DNA of 63,352 nt, counting the filler, from Octopus bimaculoides (lineage: Eukaryota), in NCBI RefSeq assembly GCF_001194135.2. It is 7 parts of 6 records of this genome, joined end to end, with 100 filler letters (N's around TTAATTAATTAA, not from the genome) between each part and the next. Parts side by side here need not be neighbours in the genome. Positions count along the whole stretch, not along the records: positions 21,162 to 27,761 come from NC_069002.1; positions 27,862 to 34,268 come from NW_026413610.1; positions 34,369 to 59,602 come from NC_068982.1; 4 more parts are not named here. The stretch is one strand, 5' to 3'. The position numbers were made by a program, and so were the translations under genes. Of this stretch, positions 26,066 through 37,527 are shown in pieces (positions within the stretch are counted from its first letter, which is position 1; each line of letters opens with the position of its first letter). The notes beneath the pieces were generated by a model. That model saw nothing but the letters and a program-made list of their open reading frames with translations, was not told where the DNA came from and did not search any database.

Positions 26066-26292
26066 GTGTGTGTGTGTGTATGTGTGTGTTGGTTTGTTTC
26101 CGTTCCCCTGAATTAACAGTTCTACAAAAGTAACTGATAGAATAAGTGCAAGACTTTAAAAAGTAAATAAATAGATAAATAAATATGTACTGGGGTCGAT
26201 TTCTTCGCCAAAAACAAAAAACCCTGAAGGCCATGTTCCAGCATGACCGCAGTCCAATGACTAAAACAAGTATAGCATGAAATAAAAGAATA
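25760..26292 (+). mobile_element. SINE family A with expanded internal microsatellite
   Basis: cacatggtcccaggttcagtcccactg...gggccgaccaaagccttg...gaaactgaaagaa.cccgtcg + (TA)(TG) + 3' tail ccagcatgaccgcagtccaatgact. Confidence 0.8.
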
Positions 26293-26510
26293 CACAAAAT
26301 ATCGTAACAATTTTTTATACAATTCTTTAAGATATTTGATAATACAAATATTATGTGATTCTTTTAAACACTGATTGGTTACGAGGGTCCATCTCAGTCA
26401 AACAGAAATCAAAGAAGTCCATAAGTAAAACTGATTGAGAACCACTCTTAACCAATCATTGGACTCGTTAGAGACAGCAGCGAACTTTTTCACAAATCAC
26501 ACTTTACATA

Positions 26511-26828
26511 GGAGCACTCCGTCGGTTACGACAACGAGGGTTCCAGTTGATCCGATCAACGGAACAGCTTGCTCGTGAAATTAACGTGCAAGTGACTGAG
26601 CAATCCACAGACACGTGTACCCCTAATGTAGTTCTCAGGGATATTCAGCGAGACACAGAGTGTGACAAGGCCGGCCCTTTGAAATACAGGTACTACTCAT
26701 TTTTGCCAGCTGAGTGGACTGGAGCAACGTGAAATAAAGTGTCTTGCTCAAGGACACAACGCATTGCCGGGAATTGAACTCACAACCTTACAATTGTGAG
26801 CCGAATGCCCTAACCACTAAGCCACTTT
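26511..26828 (-). mobile_element. tRNA-derived SINE, family C head plus family B-type tail
   Basis: Minus strand gtggcttagtggttagggcattcgg...gagttcaattcccggcaatgcgttgtgtccttgagcaagacac...tcaaagggccggccttgtcacac...gggtacacgtgtctgtgga...aatttcacgagca. Confidence 0.85.
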
Positions 26829-26873
26829 ACATACTGTTAAATTAAATATGGTTACGAATAATGTAGCTATATG

Positions 26874-27001
26874 TACAGTAATACCTCACTTTACGAGAGC
26901 CCGGGTTTAGGGGATTTTATGAGTTTAATTTTGTTTACGAGTTTTCGCTTTACGAGTGGTCTACGGGAACAAATTAACTCGTATATCGATGCATTACTGT
27001 A
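26874..27001. mobile_element. pogo/Tigger-like MITE with TA TSD
   Basis: Left TA-CAGTAATACCTCACTTTACGAG versus right (rc) TA-CAGTAATGCATCGATATACGAG. Confidence 0.7.
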
Positions 27002-27958
27002 TATTACGTATATCTTACAAAAAATTTCTTCATTTGAAGATGGTTTGGTATTTAAAAACATGAAACAACAGCAATAGAAGCGTTTATAAACCACGATCAG
27101 CTGTTGGTGTTGCTACTCGGCCTAGGGTCAACATTGCTTGTGGAAACATCACCAAAGCCGTAACCATATTGTCTAGTTTGGTTAATCAGGGATTGCAATT
27201 TTCAATGTGTACTTCATATTTTTTTTACGAGAATTATTTATGAATTTCAGGAAATTTCATCTGTTGTTTCTAGCAGGTCAAATGAGCAAGTAGTGGCATC
27301 GATTGGTTGTCACCGGATGTCTGAAAGATAAGATTATGATCGTTTGACCTTTTATGGTAAGCATTTGGAATGGTGACCCCTGTGCTTTTAACTGTGCAAA
27401 TCACGAAGTGTTGAGAAGAATGCTGTAACAATGGCGAGAGGCTTTTGTATGATATCCATGGCGTATTTTTAACAATACACACCAGCTCGTGACTTTTATG
27501 AATGCGGTAAGCGGTAGGTCGGTAGATGAGTCTACGACGATACGCGCGCACGCACACACACACACATACCTTTATATATATATACGAGTGTGCATGAAAT
27601 GGATGCATATATACATATATACATCTGCGTGTGCATATATATATATATATGACATGAATATATATATCTATATATGTGTGTGTATGTTTGTGTATGTGTT
27701 TGTGTGTGTGTGAGAGTGCGTGTTTAGTATGATCGAATATATATATATATATATATATATANNNNNNNNNNNNNNNNNNNNNNNNNNNNNNNNNNNNNNN
27801 NNNNNTTAATTAATTAANNNNNNNNNNNNNNNNNNNNNNNNNNNNNNNNNNNNNNNNNNNNATGCCTTTCCTAATGTCAACCACTTTACAGAGTGTACTG
27901 GGTGCTTTTTATGTTGTCCCAGCACAGGTGATTTTTACATGGCACCAGTACAAATGCA

Positions 27959-27993
<35 letters not shown>

Positions 27994-28979
27994 GACAGAG
28001 AGGGGAGGAAATAGAGAGGAGGGTAGTTAATTGTTTAAGCATAATGTTAATTATTGATGGGTAGGTTGGAAGGCTTTTAATCAACTAAGCAAGTATAGTA
28101 GATAACTGGTATCAACAACTTAGAAGACCGGAAAGCAAAACCAGACCTGGTGAAATCATTACTTCCAAATATGGAAAGAAAAGAAAGCCTATCTTAAATA
28201 CTGTAAAATTACATTAGTCTGATGAGCTGCAAATTCATATGAGTTTGCAGAAATGGCATCTCATCCAACATTGACAAGGAATTGGACTCATGCCTATTAC
28301 CAACATTGATAAGGAATTGGATTCATGAATGAAAGTATTTCAAGAGAAGTCAGGGTTTTCAAACACTGACCCATGAAGGGTATCAAAGGACACTGCAAAT
28401 ATCTAAAAATATAATTTCAGGCTTTAGAAAAGATTTTCTAAAATGCAAATGCTCAAGTGTTTTAAAAAATTGGGTAATTCATAATTTTGTTATACTCATA
28501 TATAATTCATAAAACAAGATAAGCATAAGCGTTTTATACATTTTCCTAAAATTTTAAAAAGTTATTATTATTATCATTGAATTTCCGATGTGAAGTGCAC
28601 TGGTAATCTTTTGTTCCATATTGAGTGTGCTATTATGTGATAAAAAATTGAGAATCTGTCTTTGTGGCATTACTTTTTTTAACTAGTGGTGGGTGGTTGT
28701 TACTACCAGAATGTCAAGGAGTAAAGAAACTACTAAAACAGAGTATCCTAAACTTCTTATCTTTACTGTTGTCACATTTTAAAGCAAATGAAAATATTTT
28801 GTACATTTACATATTTTATCCTAGAAACAAATAATTTAAACTACAAGCAATTAATTATGAATTATTAAATAATTACTTCTTTATTCAATAAGTGAAGATT
28901 ATTATTAAAATTTTATATTAAAATTTTCAGTTTAAATTTTTCCTATTCTTTAAAATATGATTTCATTATTTTCAAGATG

Positions 28980-30252
28980 TATTAGGCCATCAAGTATGAA
29001 ATTTGTAGTAAGGTGTATGGTAAATTTTGACAACTGCTCATTTTGTGCCATTATTATATTTTGACAATCTTTATTTTTTGTTAGAAAGCTGACAAATCTA
29101 TTTCTTTATTCTAACTCATTTTGCACTTTATAAAGTATTTCTAAATCATTTTTTGCTATTTTTGTTAAGAGATAGATAAGTCGGAAATTCATACAGTTTT
29201 GAAATATGAGTTCTTTCTTGGAAATACAGCATCACAGACAGCTCGGAATATTAATGTAGTATTTCATTACACAGCAGACAGTATCAAATTTGTTTGCAAA
29301 ATTTTGTTCTGATAACTTTGACCTCACAAATGAGCAATGCAGTCAACTAGAAACAAAGACGGATGATGATGAATTGAAAGCCACTGTCAAATCAGATCCA
29401 TCTCAAAGTGCCCGTGAATTATCATTGTTGTTTGGTGTCAGCAAACAAACAATATTGACTCACTTAGTTCAAATTGGTAAAGTAAAAAAGTTGGATAAGT
29501 GGGTTCCACAGGGACTCAATGAAAATCAGAAACAGCAACATTTGGAAGCCTGCATTATGCTACTTTCTCATCACAAAAATGATTTTTGAATTGAATTGTA
29601 ACATGTGATGAGAAATGGATCCAATACAACAACTGTAAACATTCAGCACAATGGTTGGACAAAGACGAGCCACCAAGACACAGTCCAAAAAGCAAAATTG
29701 ATCAAAAGAAGCTGATGGTGTGTGTTTGGTGGTCTGGCACAGGTGTGATCCATTATGATTTCATTAAACCTGGCTCATCAATCACGGCCGAAGTATACAG
29801 CAGCCAACTGGACCATATGATGCAGAAACTTACAAAAAAACAGCCTACATTAGTCAACAGATCCACTCCTATTTTATTGCAAAACAACGCCAGACCACAC
29901 ATCGCAAAAATGATATTGGCGAAACTACAGGTGTTGGAGTTGGAAGTTCTCCATCATCCACCATACTCACCTGATCTTGCCCCCACTGACCACCACTTCT
30001 GGAATTTGGACAACTTTTCGATAGGAAAAAAAAATTAACTCCAATGATGCTGTAAAACAGGCCTTCCAAGATTTTATTGACTCCAGATTGCCAGGCTTTA
30101 ACAGTTCTGAGCTGGACAAGATACTGCTGAAATGGCAAAGGTATATTGACAACATGGGAGCATACTTTGATGAATAAAACTATTCCTTGTATTTAGAAAA
30201 CATTAGCAAACTTTTTCTCTTTTCTATAAATTTCATACTTGACGACCTAATA
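28980..30252 (+). mobile_element. Full-length mariner (cecropia/Hsmar1-like) element, ~1.27 kb
   Basis: TIRs TA-TTAGGCCATCAAGTATGAAATTT and (rc) TA-TTAGGTCGTCAAGTATGAAATTT (2 mismatches), with TA duplication at both ends. Confidence 0.93.
29172..30177 (+). pseudogene. mariner D,D34D transposase pseudogene
   Basis: (ATA)DKSEI..LKYEF..G, IGKVKKLDKWVPQGL, IVTCDEKW, KKLMVCVWWS, LQNNARPH (second Asp to Asn), HPPYSPDLAPTDHHF, GAYFDE*. Start codon lost; stops and frameshifts present. Confidence 0.92.
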
Positions 30253-30437
30253 CCTAGCTATGTCTTGAGGCACATTCTGCCATGGTCACACTATTTGGAA
30301 CCACCTCACCAGAACTTAATAGTTGAAAGCTTTCTATGACCCAGACTACCAAGCTATAAGTAGGTACTATGAGATGGTATAAATCATTACCACATGGAAG
30401 TAGGTAAAGTAATGTACAACTAAATTGATGTCTTATT

Positions 30438-30494
<57 letters not shown>

Positions 30495-30685
30495 TGTGTG
30501 TTTCTCCCCTAAAACTGCTTGACGACAAGTCTTGTAACTTAGCAGTTCAGCATAAGAGACTAATAGAATAAGTACCAGACTTAAAAATAAGAAAATAAGT
30601 AGTGCAGCTGATTTGTTCCACTAAAACTGGGAAGGCAATGCCCCAGCATAGTCCAATGACTGAAACAAGTAAAGGAAAGAAAATA
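30495..30685 (+). mobile_element. SINE family A 3' fragment
   Basis: gtaacttagcagttcagcataagagactaatagaataagtacc...ccccagcatagtccaatgactgaaacaagtaaa. Confidence 0.7.
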
Positions 30686-31207
30686 GATATGTGTCATAGA
30701 CAAAAATGCACAGTAGTTGGGTACAAGAGTTTTCAGAAATTTTAAAAAGTGGACATTAGCATTGAACTGGGTTATTTGCAAATTCAGGTTTCTTTTTTTT
30801 TTTTTTTTTTTTGCGTACTAGAAGATATGTTATGGTTGGATACTTTGCTACTAAAAACACCAACCAACGCTACACCATGGGACTGATATTTTCATTGCAG
30901 TTGTAGAGATAAGTGAATCTACATGTAACAGTATCTGACACCTTAACTAATCAGTCACCTACATGTATTCAATTTACCCCTGATAACTCATTTCTCTTTC
31001 ATAGCTATCAACTCAGTGTCACTTTACTGTTTCAGACCACATTTCTTTGCCTGCTATTCTTTCTTTCTGTCTGTCTGTCTGTCACTGGTGTCTGCTAGTC
31101 ACTCTTTGCTTCTCCATCATAGTGTATCTCTCTTTCTCCCTCTCTCTTTACCTTTTTCTATGTTTGCATGTCTGTCTGCATGTTTCTCTTAACTAACTAT
31201 ATACAAA

Positions 31208-31238
<31 letters not shown>

Positions 31239-31859
31239 ATTACTCTGGTCAAGATCCACTTGACACAGTTTATGAATTCATTCATCCATTCACCAAACTC
31301 TACCAGATCTGTCTGTCTATCAATTTCTCTATCAGTCTACACATGTATTTGTCTATCTGCTCATCTCATTCCTCAAACTCCCTACCAGTTCATACATATC
31401 TGTGTATCTACCTCTCTAGTCAACATGCATCAATCTGTCTAAAAAGATAACGACAGATTATCTTCCCTTTCACACACACACACGCAAACCAACTACGGCA
31501 GCTTGCAATTCTAAAAACACCACCCATGTTGCATCAGCATTCCAAGTATTAATCCACCATCAATGCCACTACCATCTCCACTGTCACCATCAGCATTCTT
31601 GCCATCACCTCACCATTGCTACTGTTAAAAAAAACCAACCTAACTGACACCTGTTAGTTACCATAGTTATAACTTTGCTTGTTTCGTCATCTGCTTGACT
31701 GAACTGTTTAATAAATAGGAGTGTTGGTGCTTTGGTTGAGGTAATGGAACTGGCCAATGGTGAGTAGTTTTTCAGTGATGATATGGGTGAAACTCATGTT
31801 GGTTGTTGTTGTCGTTGTTATTGTTGTTGCTGGTAGTAGTAGTAGTTGTAGTAGGTATT

Positions 31860-32150
31860 TAGCCACAGGTCAGGCTTGATTCAGCAAACATCATCAAAGG
31901 CATTCCAGCTGGACTATCCGGCTTTTCCATTTTTCAGACAAAATGCATTTAGGATTAGTGTAATGATTTCAGAGTGATTTGGTTGCTATGCCTAACAGTT
32001 GAAGTAACCACATAGGGGCTTACCAATTGGCTCAAGTAGTAAACATTATTGTTGTTTAACCCCAAGTCAACTCTGGTCAAATAGACCTACGATCAAAAGC
32101 ATTATAACCAGGAGCATCCTGTTGTTTTAGATGTATTTAAGACTACATTA
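31860..32150 (+). repeat. Two diverged copies of an unclassified interspersed repeat
   Basis: ttagccacaggtcaggcttgattcagcaaaca..atcaaaggcattccagc and ttaaccccaagtcaactctggtcaaatagacctacgatcaaaagcatt align to each other. Confidence 0.5.
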
Positions 32151-32172
32151 TCTAATCAGTCCTTCCCATCTT

Positions 32173-32388
32173 TTAACTATTTAGCATTCAGATTATTGTC
32201 AAATGTAATGCTTATTTATTCACATTGCTTTGATGTAATCATGTATTATTTTGTAGCTTCAAAATTTCAATGATGTGATTACATATTTCTAGAATGATAT
32301 TGTATGGTAGGTATGAGAAGCTGCATCTGGCCAGTTTGAACATAAAACAGGTAGAATATTTGGGCCAGTTTAAATGCTAAAGAGTTAA
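32173..32388. mobile_element. piggyBac-like MITE with TTAA TSD
   Basis: TTAA-CTATTTAGCATT ... AATGCTAAAGAG-TTAA (15/16 inverted match); other decayed copies at 11.1-11.4 kb. Confidence 0.8.
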
Positions 32389-33243
32389 AGATAGTAAGCT
32401 GTGATTTGTGAAAGATTGTCACTTTTATAATAACTACCAAATTGAAGTAACTACTGAGAGGGATTGAAATGATTGGCTAAAACCTTGAAAGAGACTTCAA
32501 GCATAGCTGCAATCCAATAACTGGAATCAGTCAAAGAAAACTAATGGGCCATACATATTTAACTCAGATCCCCTATAGCCTTATAGCATCACATTGCTGA
32601 CATACACCTCATAACCTTTTTACAAAGAGAAAAACCTTTCATTTTCAAGTCTCACTTCTTTGAGTCCAAGTAACCTATGTGTATACTCTTACTTTTCAAC
32701 CACTAAAACATAACAAATCTTATCTATCTACCAAGACAGTCCATTCACTGTTGTTCTTGATGGTATCTACTGTAGTGTATATAAGGTTTTTTACTTTTTT
32801 TTATATCAATTTGACAGAAATCTTATTTTACCTTAAATTACCCATTGTTTATTATTTACATACTGAGGCAATGTAGCTCCAAAAGTTCAGCAAACTTAAT
32901 ACACACATGGCAAGTTTACATATATGTAATAATATTATGAGCTGATAACCTCTGGATTTTAATTAGAATTAATTACATATGTAATTCTGTGACGAAGGAT
33001 TCTTTGGCAGTATAAGGACAACTCTATGCCTGTTTCTGTACTTTTAGTCCCCATTAGCAAAACAGCTTAAGCTTTCCTGCAGATGACCAAAATATGAAGA
33101 ATTTTTGGAAATGAATGGCACGAGATGTCCAAACATGTTAAAAATATATTGCACATCCTCAAGAATTAACTAACGTGTATATTTTACAGGTATCAGAGTC
33201 ATAGCACCTGTAGCAGCAGCTATGTGAAAAAGAGGGCAGAGTT

Positions 33244-33657
33244 GTGTAGCCAGGCACATGTAGAGGGTAGTGACATTTAGTCAGGCATATGCAGAGAATG
33301 GTGTCATGTATCCAGGCACATGTAGAAAATGATGTCATGTAGCCAGGCACATGTAGAAAATGGTGGCATGTAGCCTGGCACATGTAGAGAATGCTGGTAG
33401 ATAGCCAGGTGCATATAGAGAATGATGCAATGTAGTCAGGTATAGGCAGAGAATAGTGGCCTGTAGCCAGGCACAGGTAAAGAATGGTGCCATATAGCCA
33501 GACACATGTAGGGAATGGTGGTATGTATCCTGGCACATGCAGAGAATAGCAATATGTTGACAGGTAGTGACGTGTTGACAAGTACATGCAGAAAATGGTG
33601 GCAAGTAGCTAGGTCCATGTAGAAAGTGGTGGCATGTAGCCCAGTGGTAGCAAGAAA
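33244..33657. repeat. 31-bp minisatellite, about 13 diverged units
   Basis: Consensus GCCAGGCACATGTAGAGAATGGTGGCATGTA; CC(A/T)GG recurs at 33312, 33343 and 33374. Confidence 0.9.
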
Positions 33658-33831
33658 CTGTCACCAACAGTCTAGTCCACAACCACATAAAGTCAAATCA
33701 TAAAACAGCAGTACCTTGTCATTTTATAAGATGTTGCTTCATTACAATTTCAGTGTTATAGTTAGGTATTCTGCAGTATTTATTTTCAAACTATTTCATC
33801 TATTCTTCATTGTTTATAAATACAGCATTCA

Positions 33832-33960
33832 CTAAGCCATGTGGTTTTAGGTCCAGTCACACCCCACCTAGAGTACCTAGAGCAAGTGTCTTCTACTATA
33901 GCTCCAGACCAGACAAAGCCTTGTAAGTGGATATGGTAAATGAAAACTCAAAGAGCCCAT

Positions 33961-33962
<2 letters not shown>
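33832..33962 (+). mobile_element. SINE family A 5' fragment
   Basis: gcaagtgtcttctactatagc..gaccagacaaagccttgtaagtggatatggt...gagcccatc. Confidence 0.7.
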
Positions 33963-33991
<29 letters not shown>

Positions 33992-34078
33992 GTATATTCA
34001 TAGTAATGGTAAGACAACAAAAGAAGGAATAAGACCTTGATATTATGTAAATAGAGAAATTTATCTGTAATATAATAC

Positions 34079-34265
34079 GTGACAATTATTCAGTTGCCAT
34101 AATAAGACTCCGAGTTTCGGATATAGGGGTGGAAACCTGCTCCGGCATCTTGTCAGTTTTTATAGCATTTTTAGATTGCCTTGATAACTGACGAGATGCC
34201 AGAGCAGGTTTCCGCCCTGACATCCAAAACTCGGAGTCTTATTATGGCAACCGAATAATTGTCAC
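34079..34265. mobile_element. Fold-back element (80-bp arms, 27-bp spacer) whose arms are hammerhead ribozyme sequences; probable Penelope-like inverted terminus
   Basis: Arms 34079-34158 and 34186-34265. Plus arm: CCTTGATAA-CTGACGA-GATGCC..GACATC-C-AAAAC-TCGGA-GTC-TTATTATGG. Minus arm keeps GAAAC but has CTGACAA. Confidence 0.75.
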
Positions 34266-34613
34266 ATANNNNNNNNNNNNNNNNNNNNNNNNNNNNNNNN
34301 NNNNNNNNNNNNTTAATTAATTAANNNNNNNNNNNNNNNNNNNNNNNNNNNNNNNNNNNNNNNNNNNNTATATATATATATATATATATATTTATTTATT
34401 TATTTATTTATGTATGTATGTATGTAAGTATGTTTGTATAAACACACACAATAACACATACATTCATCCAGATACGCGTTCAAAAATGTGTGTGTGAGTG
34501 TGTATGTGTGCAAATGGTCACAGAATTCGTGTATTAAGGCCATCTTTAGCACTGCTATGAATCTACCACTGGAGGGTACACCGGATCGGTTGCAGCAGCT
34601 TATCGTATTTACC

Positions 34614-34655
34614 AATCGAACTGGTTTCGGTTCATATTATACACTCATCAGCCTT
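34614..34655 (-). ncRNA. Hammerhead-like motif, core intact, stems decayed
   Basis: Minus strand AAGG-CTGATGA-GTGTATAATATGAACC-GAAAC-CA-GTT-CGATT. Confidence 0.4.
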
Positions 34656-34971
34656 CTCTTACTTCGTCTTAGATTTTTTTTTTTTCAGGCGCCAAAACCT
34701 AGATGGATACAATTACATACGGGATATGTAATCATACAAGTTTCATGGTGTATGCGACTCCAGTAAACATGTTAATTCGTAACTCTATTGTTTTAGAAAT
34801 GTACTTTCATATTTCCAGTATCGTAAGTCTGCACTTTTTCGGGAAGGGAAAAAATGTTCTAATATATCCCGACTCTTTATTGGTGTATATTTTAACGGTT
34901 TACATCTGTGTAAATTAGCATGAAAGATAATAAGGGATAATGGAGATGATGACGACCACAAAAACATCACT

Positions 34972-35042
<71 letters not shown>

Positions 35043-35145
35043 GCAAACCACAGCACATGCCCAAGGCACACAGAGCTGCGCTCGGTAGTGAAGTGAAAGC
35101 ACATTATAAAAATAAAGCTACTGAACAATAATAATAATAATAATG

Positions 35146-35209
<64 letters not shown>

Positions 35210-35225
35210 CAACAACAACAACAAC

Positions 35226-35271
<46 letters not shown>

Positions 35272-35589
35272 GTGATCGTAAGATCTCTAGGAATGGTAAA
35301 AAAAAAAGGTATTGAAAGATATTTGAAAATGATACCAGGCCTACCATCCCTACACGAAGTTCAAAAAGTCGTGTTAACTGGAACGACTCATGTAGTGAGA
35401 AGAGCATTATTGCTGCGAAAACAACATCCATTCATGAATTTATTTATTTACAAATTTTTATTACATACATATTTTACCTGTGAATTTGCGTGTGTAACTG
35501 GGAATGCATACAATGAGCTTCTCTGCCCTAGGTGTACGGAAAACACTCGGCGAGAAACGGAAGAACATTTGAAGACAGAAGAAAAAAAC

Positions 35590-35590
<1 letters not shown>
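35272..35590 (+). mobile_element. 5'-truncated R4/Dong-type retrotransposon (C-terminus plus 3' UTR)
   Basis: VIVRSLGMVKK.IERYLKMIPGLPSLHEVQKVVLTGTTHVVRRAL matches the RLE-clade C-terminus (compare QKTALVGTAHILRKV at 59341-59385). Flanked by (TAA)n. Confidence 0.8.
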
Positions 35591-35638
<48 letters not shown>

Positions 35639-35640
35639 GT

Positions 35641-35886
35641 ACACAACCCTTATTCAAGGACCTTTTGAGCAGGACGGGGTACTCGACCTGAAGAAAATTC
35701 CAACTGGGCCCCACCTGCAAATTCCTGCGCTTTTTATTCTGATATGCGATTACAATGTTGCGCACATTTGTTTGTGGTGCATGTGCCTGGTGTACCCTTA
35801 TCAGACGGGTAATCATGATGGGTATACTGGGGTTCTTATATTTTACCCTAGTGTCACTGTGATGGCATGCACTGCTCACCAACTCA

Positions 35887-35888
<2 letters not shown>
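35641..35888 (+). mobile_element. SINE-like family E, 5'-truncated
   Basis: Homologous to 21550-21768; sits between (TAA)n runs. Confidence 0.75.
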
Positions 35889-35917
<29 letters not shown>

Positions 35918-35918
<1 letters not shown>

Positions 35919-36575
35919 GAAGAAGAAGAAGAAGAAGAAGAAGTAGAAGAAGAAGAAGAAGAAAAAGAAGAAGAATAAGAAGAATAAGAAGATGATGATG
36001 ATAATGATGATGATGATGAAGAAGATGAAGAAGAAGAAGAAGAAGAAGAAGAAGATGATGATGATGATGATGATGATGATTATGATGAAGAAGAAGATAA
36101 AGAAGAAGACGAAGAAGAAGAAGACGAAGAAGAAGAAGAAGAGAAAGAAGAAGAAAGAGAAGGAGAAGAAGAAGGAGAAGGAGAAGAAAGAGGAGGAGGG
36201 GCAGGAGCAGGAGGATCAGGAGGTGGTGGAAAAGACATCAGCTGTTGTAGCAACAATGATGATGCTGGTGGTAGTGCTGCTGCTGAAGATGATGACGACG
36301 ACGACGACGACATCGACGGCGATGATGATGATGATGATGATGATGATAATGAGAAGCGTTCAGCCTAATGTCAGGCCCAGCTCATTCTGTACAAATCGAA
36401 AGAACGGTGAAGTGAAAGTAAAGAGTGTTATCGGGGCCCATTATTTCCAGCCTGTTGCCTCGTAATATCCTGGCTTCGTCAAATTTTCACCTTAGCTCTG
36501 CCATTGCATGCCTCATTTCATTTAACAATTGACACATTTATTTCTCGGCTGCTGCTACCACTACTACTACTACTA

Positions 36576-36623
<48 letters not shown>

Positions 36624-36741
36624 GTAGTAGTATTTATGCTCCTGCCGCTGGTACAACTACCTTACTGTTAATAGCGTTGCATCTACCATCACCGCCACCA
36701 CCATCACCACTCCCACCACCACCACCACCATCACCACCACC

Positions 36742-36781
<40 letters not shown>

Positions 36782-36801
36782 ACAACAACAACAACACCAC
36801 G

Positions 36802-36835
<34 letters not shown>

Positions 36836-36846
36836 ACACCACGACG

Positions 36847-36882
<36 letters not shown>

Positions 36883-36943
36883 GTACATAATCACCATCAT
36901 ATTCTACAACGGCAGCAACAGCAGCTGTAAATAACTTTCAAAG

Positions 36944-36977
<34 letters not shown>

Positions 36978-37473
36978 ACTTGATTGAACCTCACAGACAC
37001 CATCACCTCTGCCAATACCATCGCCACCCCCACCACGAACACCACCGCCAATCACCACCACCACCACCTTCACCATCAGCAGCAGCCGCGTCTACATCAT
37101 CTATTAATACTATTATTATAATCATTGTTGTTGTTGTTGCTGCTGAACTGGGTGTGTTGTGGATGAAGCTAATATTTCGAATAGACATATTTGGCCGATT
37201 GTAGTTGTTATTGCTGTTGTTGTTGTTGATGATGATGATGCTGCTGTATTCGTCTTTTAATCTCAGATGAATATTGACAGAGCAGGGGCTTTCATTGCTA
37301 AGGATTCTAATCTAATCTTTGTTCTCCCTGTCTGTTCGTCAATGCTTGGAAGATCCGGTGCCGTATTATAGAGCGCTAGAATGGGATTCGAGGGAAAATT
37401 TCACAGCTATTTCTAGCTGGTCGAGTGACAATGTAAACGCTACAAGTGGAAGATAACCTACCAACACAGAATT

Positions 37474-37527
<54 letters not shown>

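Larger units (their letters stand above)
34974..35917. repeat. (TAA)n array interrupted by three retroelement insertions
   Basis: AAT runs at ~34974-35041, 35128-35271, 35591-35637 and 35889-35917 separated by unique inserts. Confidence 0.9.
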
